A stretch of DNA of 64,000 nt from Pseudomonadota bacterium (GTDB lineage Bacteria; Pseudomonadota; Gammaproteobacteria; Burkholderiales; REEB80), in contig JAGXAQ010000002.1 of NCBI GenBank assembly GCA_018971485.1, positions 249,122-313,121 of the forward strand, in the 5' to 3' direction. Made by a program: the position numbers and the translations under genes. How positions within the stretch are numbered: the stretch's first letter is position 1; every line of letters begins with the position of its first letter. The notes below the pieces were generated by a model. That model did not search any database. It was not told the DNA's origin and was given only the letters and a program-made list of their open reading frames with translations. This document shows positions 60,912 through 64,000 of the stretch, piece after piece.

Positions 60912-61967
60912 TCAGACTGGTAAAAAACTCCAAGATAAAGTTTCATTTGCCCAAAACGGGATTACAACCTCATGGCCTGAGAGTATCTCGGAAGGAACTG
61001 CCTGCTTCTTCCTTACCAGGGTAATCTGGCCCGTATTACGGGGTAACCCATAAAAGTCCGCTCCAAAAAAACTTGAAAAAGCCTCAAGCTTATCAAGGGC
61101 ATGAGCCAAGTCAAAGATCTCGGCATAAAGCTCAATAGCAGCATGAGCCGTATAAATTCCTGCACACCCGCATGACGCTTCCTTTGCCTGGCGTGAATGA
61201 GGAGCACTGTCTGTTCCTAAAAAAAACTTGGGGTTACCCGAAGTGGCAGCCTGAATCAAAGCTAACCGATGAGCCTCTCGCTTTAATACAGGCAAACAAT
61301 AATGATGGGGTCGCAATCCACCAGAAAACAAAGCATTTCGATTCAGCATCAAATGATGGGGAGTAATCGTAGCGCCTACATGAGGTGAAGCTTCCATGAC
61401 AAACTGAACCGCATCCAGCGTAGTAATATGTTCCAGAACGATTTTCAGTGCCGGAAAATCCTTAATAACAGGCGTAAGAACCCTTTCCAGAAATATTTTT
61501 TCCCGATCAAAAATGTCAGTTTCCGAATCTGTCACCTCTCCATGGACAAGCAAGGGCATGCCTATTTTCTGCATGGCTTCAAGAACTGTATAAACCCGTT
61601 TTATGGAAGTTACCCCGGCATCAGAATGCGTAGTCGCACCTGCCGGATAAAGCTTGACACCATAAACCTTCCGCGATTCAAAAGCCTGCTTAACCTCATC
61701 GATAGAAGTATGATCAGTCAAATACAGCGTCATAAGCGGCTCGAAATCCATCCCGGCAGGCAAGGCTGCAAGAATGCGCTCCCGATAACTCAAGGCAGCA
61801 GCCAACGTTGTAACAGGAGGAGTCAGGTTTGGCATGATAATGGCCCGCTTGAACCGATAGGCTGTATCAGCTAGAACTGTAGCCATCATGCGACCATCCC
61901 GCAGATGCAGATGCCAATCGTCAGGGCGGGTAATAATCAATTTATCAGCTATCATGATTCGCGCCAT
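60912..61967 (-). CDS. pyrC: Dihydroorotase (type II)
   Basis: [34 protein letters not shown]. Confidence 0.98.
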   Translation of the reverse strand: MARIMIADKLIITRPDDWHLHLRDGRMMATVLADTAYRFKRAIIMPNLTPPVTTLAAALSYRERILAALPAGMDFEPLMTLYLTDHTSIDEVKQAFESRKVYGVKLYPAGATTHSDAGVTSIKRVYTVLEAMQKIGMPLLVHGEVTDSETDIFDREKIFLERVLTPVIKDFPALKIVLEHITTLDAVQFVMEASPHVGATITPHHLMLNRNALFSGGLRPHHYCLPVLKREAHRLALIQAATSGNPKFFLGTDSAPHSRQAKEASCGCAGIYTAHAAIELYAEIFDLAHALDKLEAFSSFFGADFYGLPRNTGQITLVRKKQAVPSEILSGHEVVIPFWANETLSWSFLPV

Positions 61968-62821
61968 TATACCGGATCATTTTTTTGATGGAACCGAAGC
62001 GCCAAGGCATACAAATCCTTTTTGCGGGCGCCTGTTAGCTTGAGCGCGATTGATACTGCTTCCCGTACTGAAAGCGTCTCCAGCAAAACCGACATGATCC
62101 GTTCCATTTTAATATCAATATCATGTCGCACGGGTGCCCCTTCAACAATCAGCACAAATTCACCCTTTTTATGATTAACATCAGCATCAAGCCAATGCCT
62201 GGCCTCATCTAAGGTCAAAACGACGATATTTTCATGAAACTTAGTCAACTCTCTGGCGATCACTATCTTTCGATTTCCAAGCACTTCTCCCAGATCCGCT
62301 ATACAATCCTGGATTCGATGAGGAGCCTCATAGAAAATAAGGGGATAAACAAATTCTTTAAACTCTTCAAGAACACGCCGCCTGGCAGATGCAGTTACAG
62401 GCAAAAATCCATAAAAAAGAAATCGGGATGACTCAAATCCTGATACACAGAAGGCTGTAATTAATGCACTTGGACCGGGGATTGGTACAACCTTAACTTC
62501 TGCTTCTTGAGCCATTCGGGTCAAACGTGAGCCAGGATCACTCACTGCAGGTGTGCCTGCATCAGAAATCAAGGCTATCGACTGCCCAGATAACAGCTTT
62601 CTTACAAGAACTTTTGACTGGGCCTGCTCATTATGTTCATGCAAAGCCACCATGGCTGTGCTGATTCCATGATGTGCTAGCAACCTTGAACTGGTCCTGG
62701 TATCCTCAGCCGCAATCAGCTCTACGGAACGCAAAATCCTAAGCGCCCGTAAAGTGATATCTTCAAGGTTACCTATCGGAGTGGCTACAAGATAAAGACA
62801 ACCCTGTTCACTACATACCAT
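61967..62821 (-). CDS. rsmI: 16S rRNA (cytidine1402-2'-O)-methyltransferase
   Basis: [41 protein letters not shown]. Confidence 0.97.
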   Translation of the reverse strand: MVCSEQGCLYLVATPIGNLEDITLRALRILRSVELIAAEDTRTSSRLLAHHGISTAMVALHEHNEQAQSKVLVRKLLSGQSIALISDAGTPAVSDPGSRLTRMAQEAEVKVVPIPGPSALITAFCVSGFESSRFLFYGFLPVTASARRRVLEEFKEFVYPLIFYEAPHRIQDCIADLGEVLGNRKIVIARELTKFHENIVVLTLDEARHWLDADVNHKKGEFVLIVEGAPVRHDIDIKMERIMSVLLETLSVREAVSIALKLTGARKKDLYALALRFHQKNDPV

Positions 62822-62904
62822 CAATACTCCTTTATCGGTAAACTCCTGCCCCTGGTTCTCTAGTTGGAACATAGCCTGGTTTCAGGTTATCATCAGCAAA
62901 ATGA

Positions 62905-63531
<627 letters not shown>

Positions 63532-63551
63532 ATGAAATGGATGGGGTCAAA

Positions 63552-64000
63552 GTGAAAAAATACCTGTTTCGAATAATGATTAGCCTGCTTCTCCTGCCCA
63601 TTCTTCAAGGTTGCGTTCCTATTATTGCCGCAGGGGTAGGAACAGGGGCCATCCTGGCCCAGGATAGACGTTCAGCAGGAACGGTAATTGATGATAAGAC
63701 TGATGAACTCGCCATTTCCCAGAATATCAGCAAGGAATTAAAGAAAAAAGCCTCAATTAGCGTCACAGTATACGACCACAAAGTTCTCCTGACAGGAGTT
63801 GCCATTAACACTAACGTTAAAATCAAGGCTGGAGAAATTGCCCAGTCTCGCCCGGGAATTAAGGCCGTCTACAATCAGGTGCGGCTAGCTGTAGCCTCAG
63901 GGCTCGTAAGAGATGCTTCCGATTCAGTCATCACCTCAATGGTCAAGGCAAGGATGATTAATCAAAAAGGCCTGAACGCAGAACATGTCAAAGTTGTTAC
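63552..64000 (+). CDS. BON-domain lipoprotein (YraP/DolP-like), 3' end outside the window
   Basis: Not in the ORF track. GTG start gives MKKYLFRIMISLLLLPILQGC (lipobox), then DRRSAGTVIDD, VLLTG and DSVITSMVKA. Confidence 0.88.
   Translation, partial: MKKYLFRIMISLLLLPILQGCVPIIAAGVGTGAILAQDRRSAGTVIDDKTDELAISQNISKELKKKASISVTVYDHKVLLTGVAINTNVKIKAGEIAQSRPGIKAVYNQVRLAVASGLVRDASDSVITSMVKARMINQKGLNAEHVKVV

Noticed and set aside
60442-60923. Three overlapping plus-strand ORFs of 83-107 aa
   Set aside because: They are antisense shadows of the RNase P RNA gene, a known source of spurious ORFs.

Overview
This 64-kb window is almost entirely core chromosome from a betaproteobacterium. The taxon is inferred from gene order and protein style only; a Nitrosomonadales/Ferrovum-like lineage is plausible but not shown. 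In order it holds: coaBC (partial), an inverted dut, cbiX-like, rhlE, trxA-rho-rpmE-ArnT-like, pbpG-garR-glxK, and a small AT-rich islet behind tRNA-Ile2 (marC, an orphan TupA-like binding protein, a 77-aa membrane protein). Next come rpsU-yqeY-dnaG-rpoD, tsaD/folB/plsY/ogt, ffh-rpsP-rimM-trmD-rplS, ccsA-like/corC-like, pilB-pilC-(1.1 kb gap)-pilD-coaE-zapD, a Nudix-ThiE-like fusion, an AAA ATPase, argJ and secA. The last part has a GT-C/TPR membrane protein, dciA, the full dcw cluster (mraZ to lpxC, including murB), rnpB, pyrC, rsmI, gmhA and a partial BON lipoprotein. I found no CRISPR array, transposase, integrase or prophage, and I cannot support a clear new multi-gene system. The best leads are the TMTC/TfpW-like GT-C-TPR gene sitting where an M23 peptidase usually lies, the ORF-free 1.1-kb pilC-pilD gap (possibly a decayed sugar epimerase), a possible relic of the ancestral dut behind coaBC, a CTG start for trmD, a signal-less TupA-like protein with a non-canonical motif, a long structured rpmE leader, and an irregular D-arm in tRNA-Ile2. 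Start coordinates were adjusted by eye from the ORF track where a better RBS or family N-terminus was visible.
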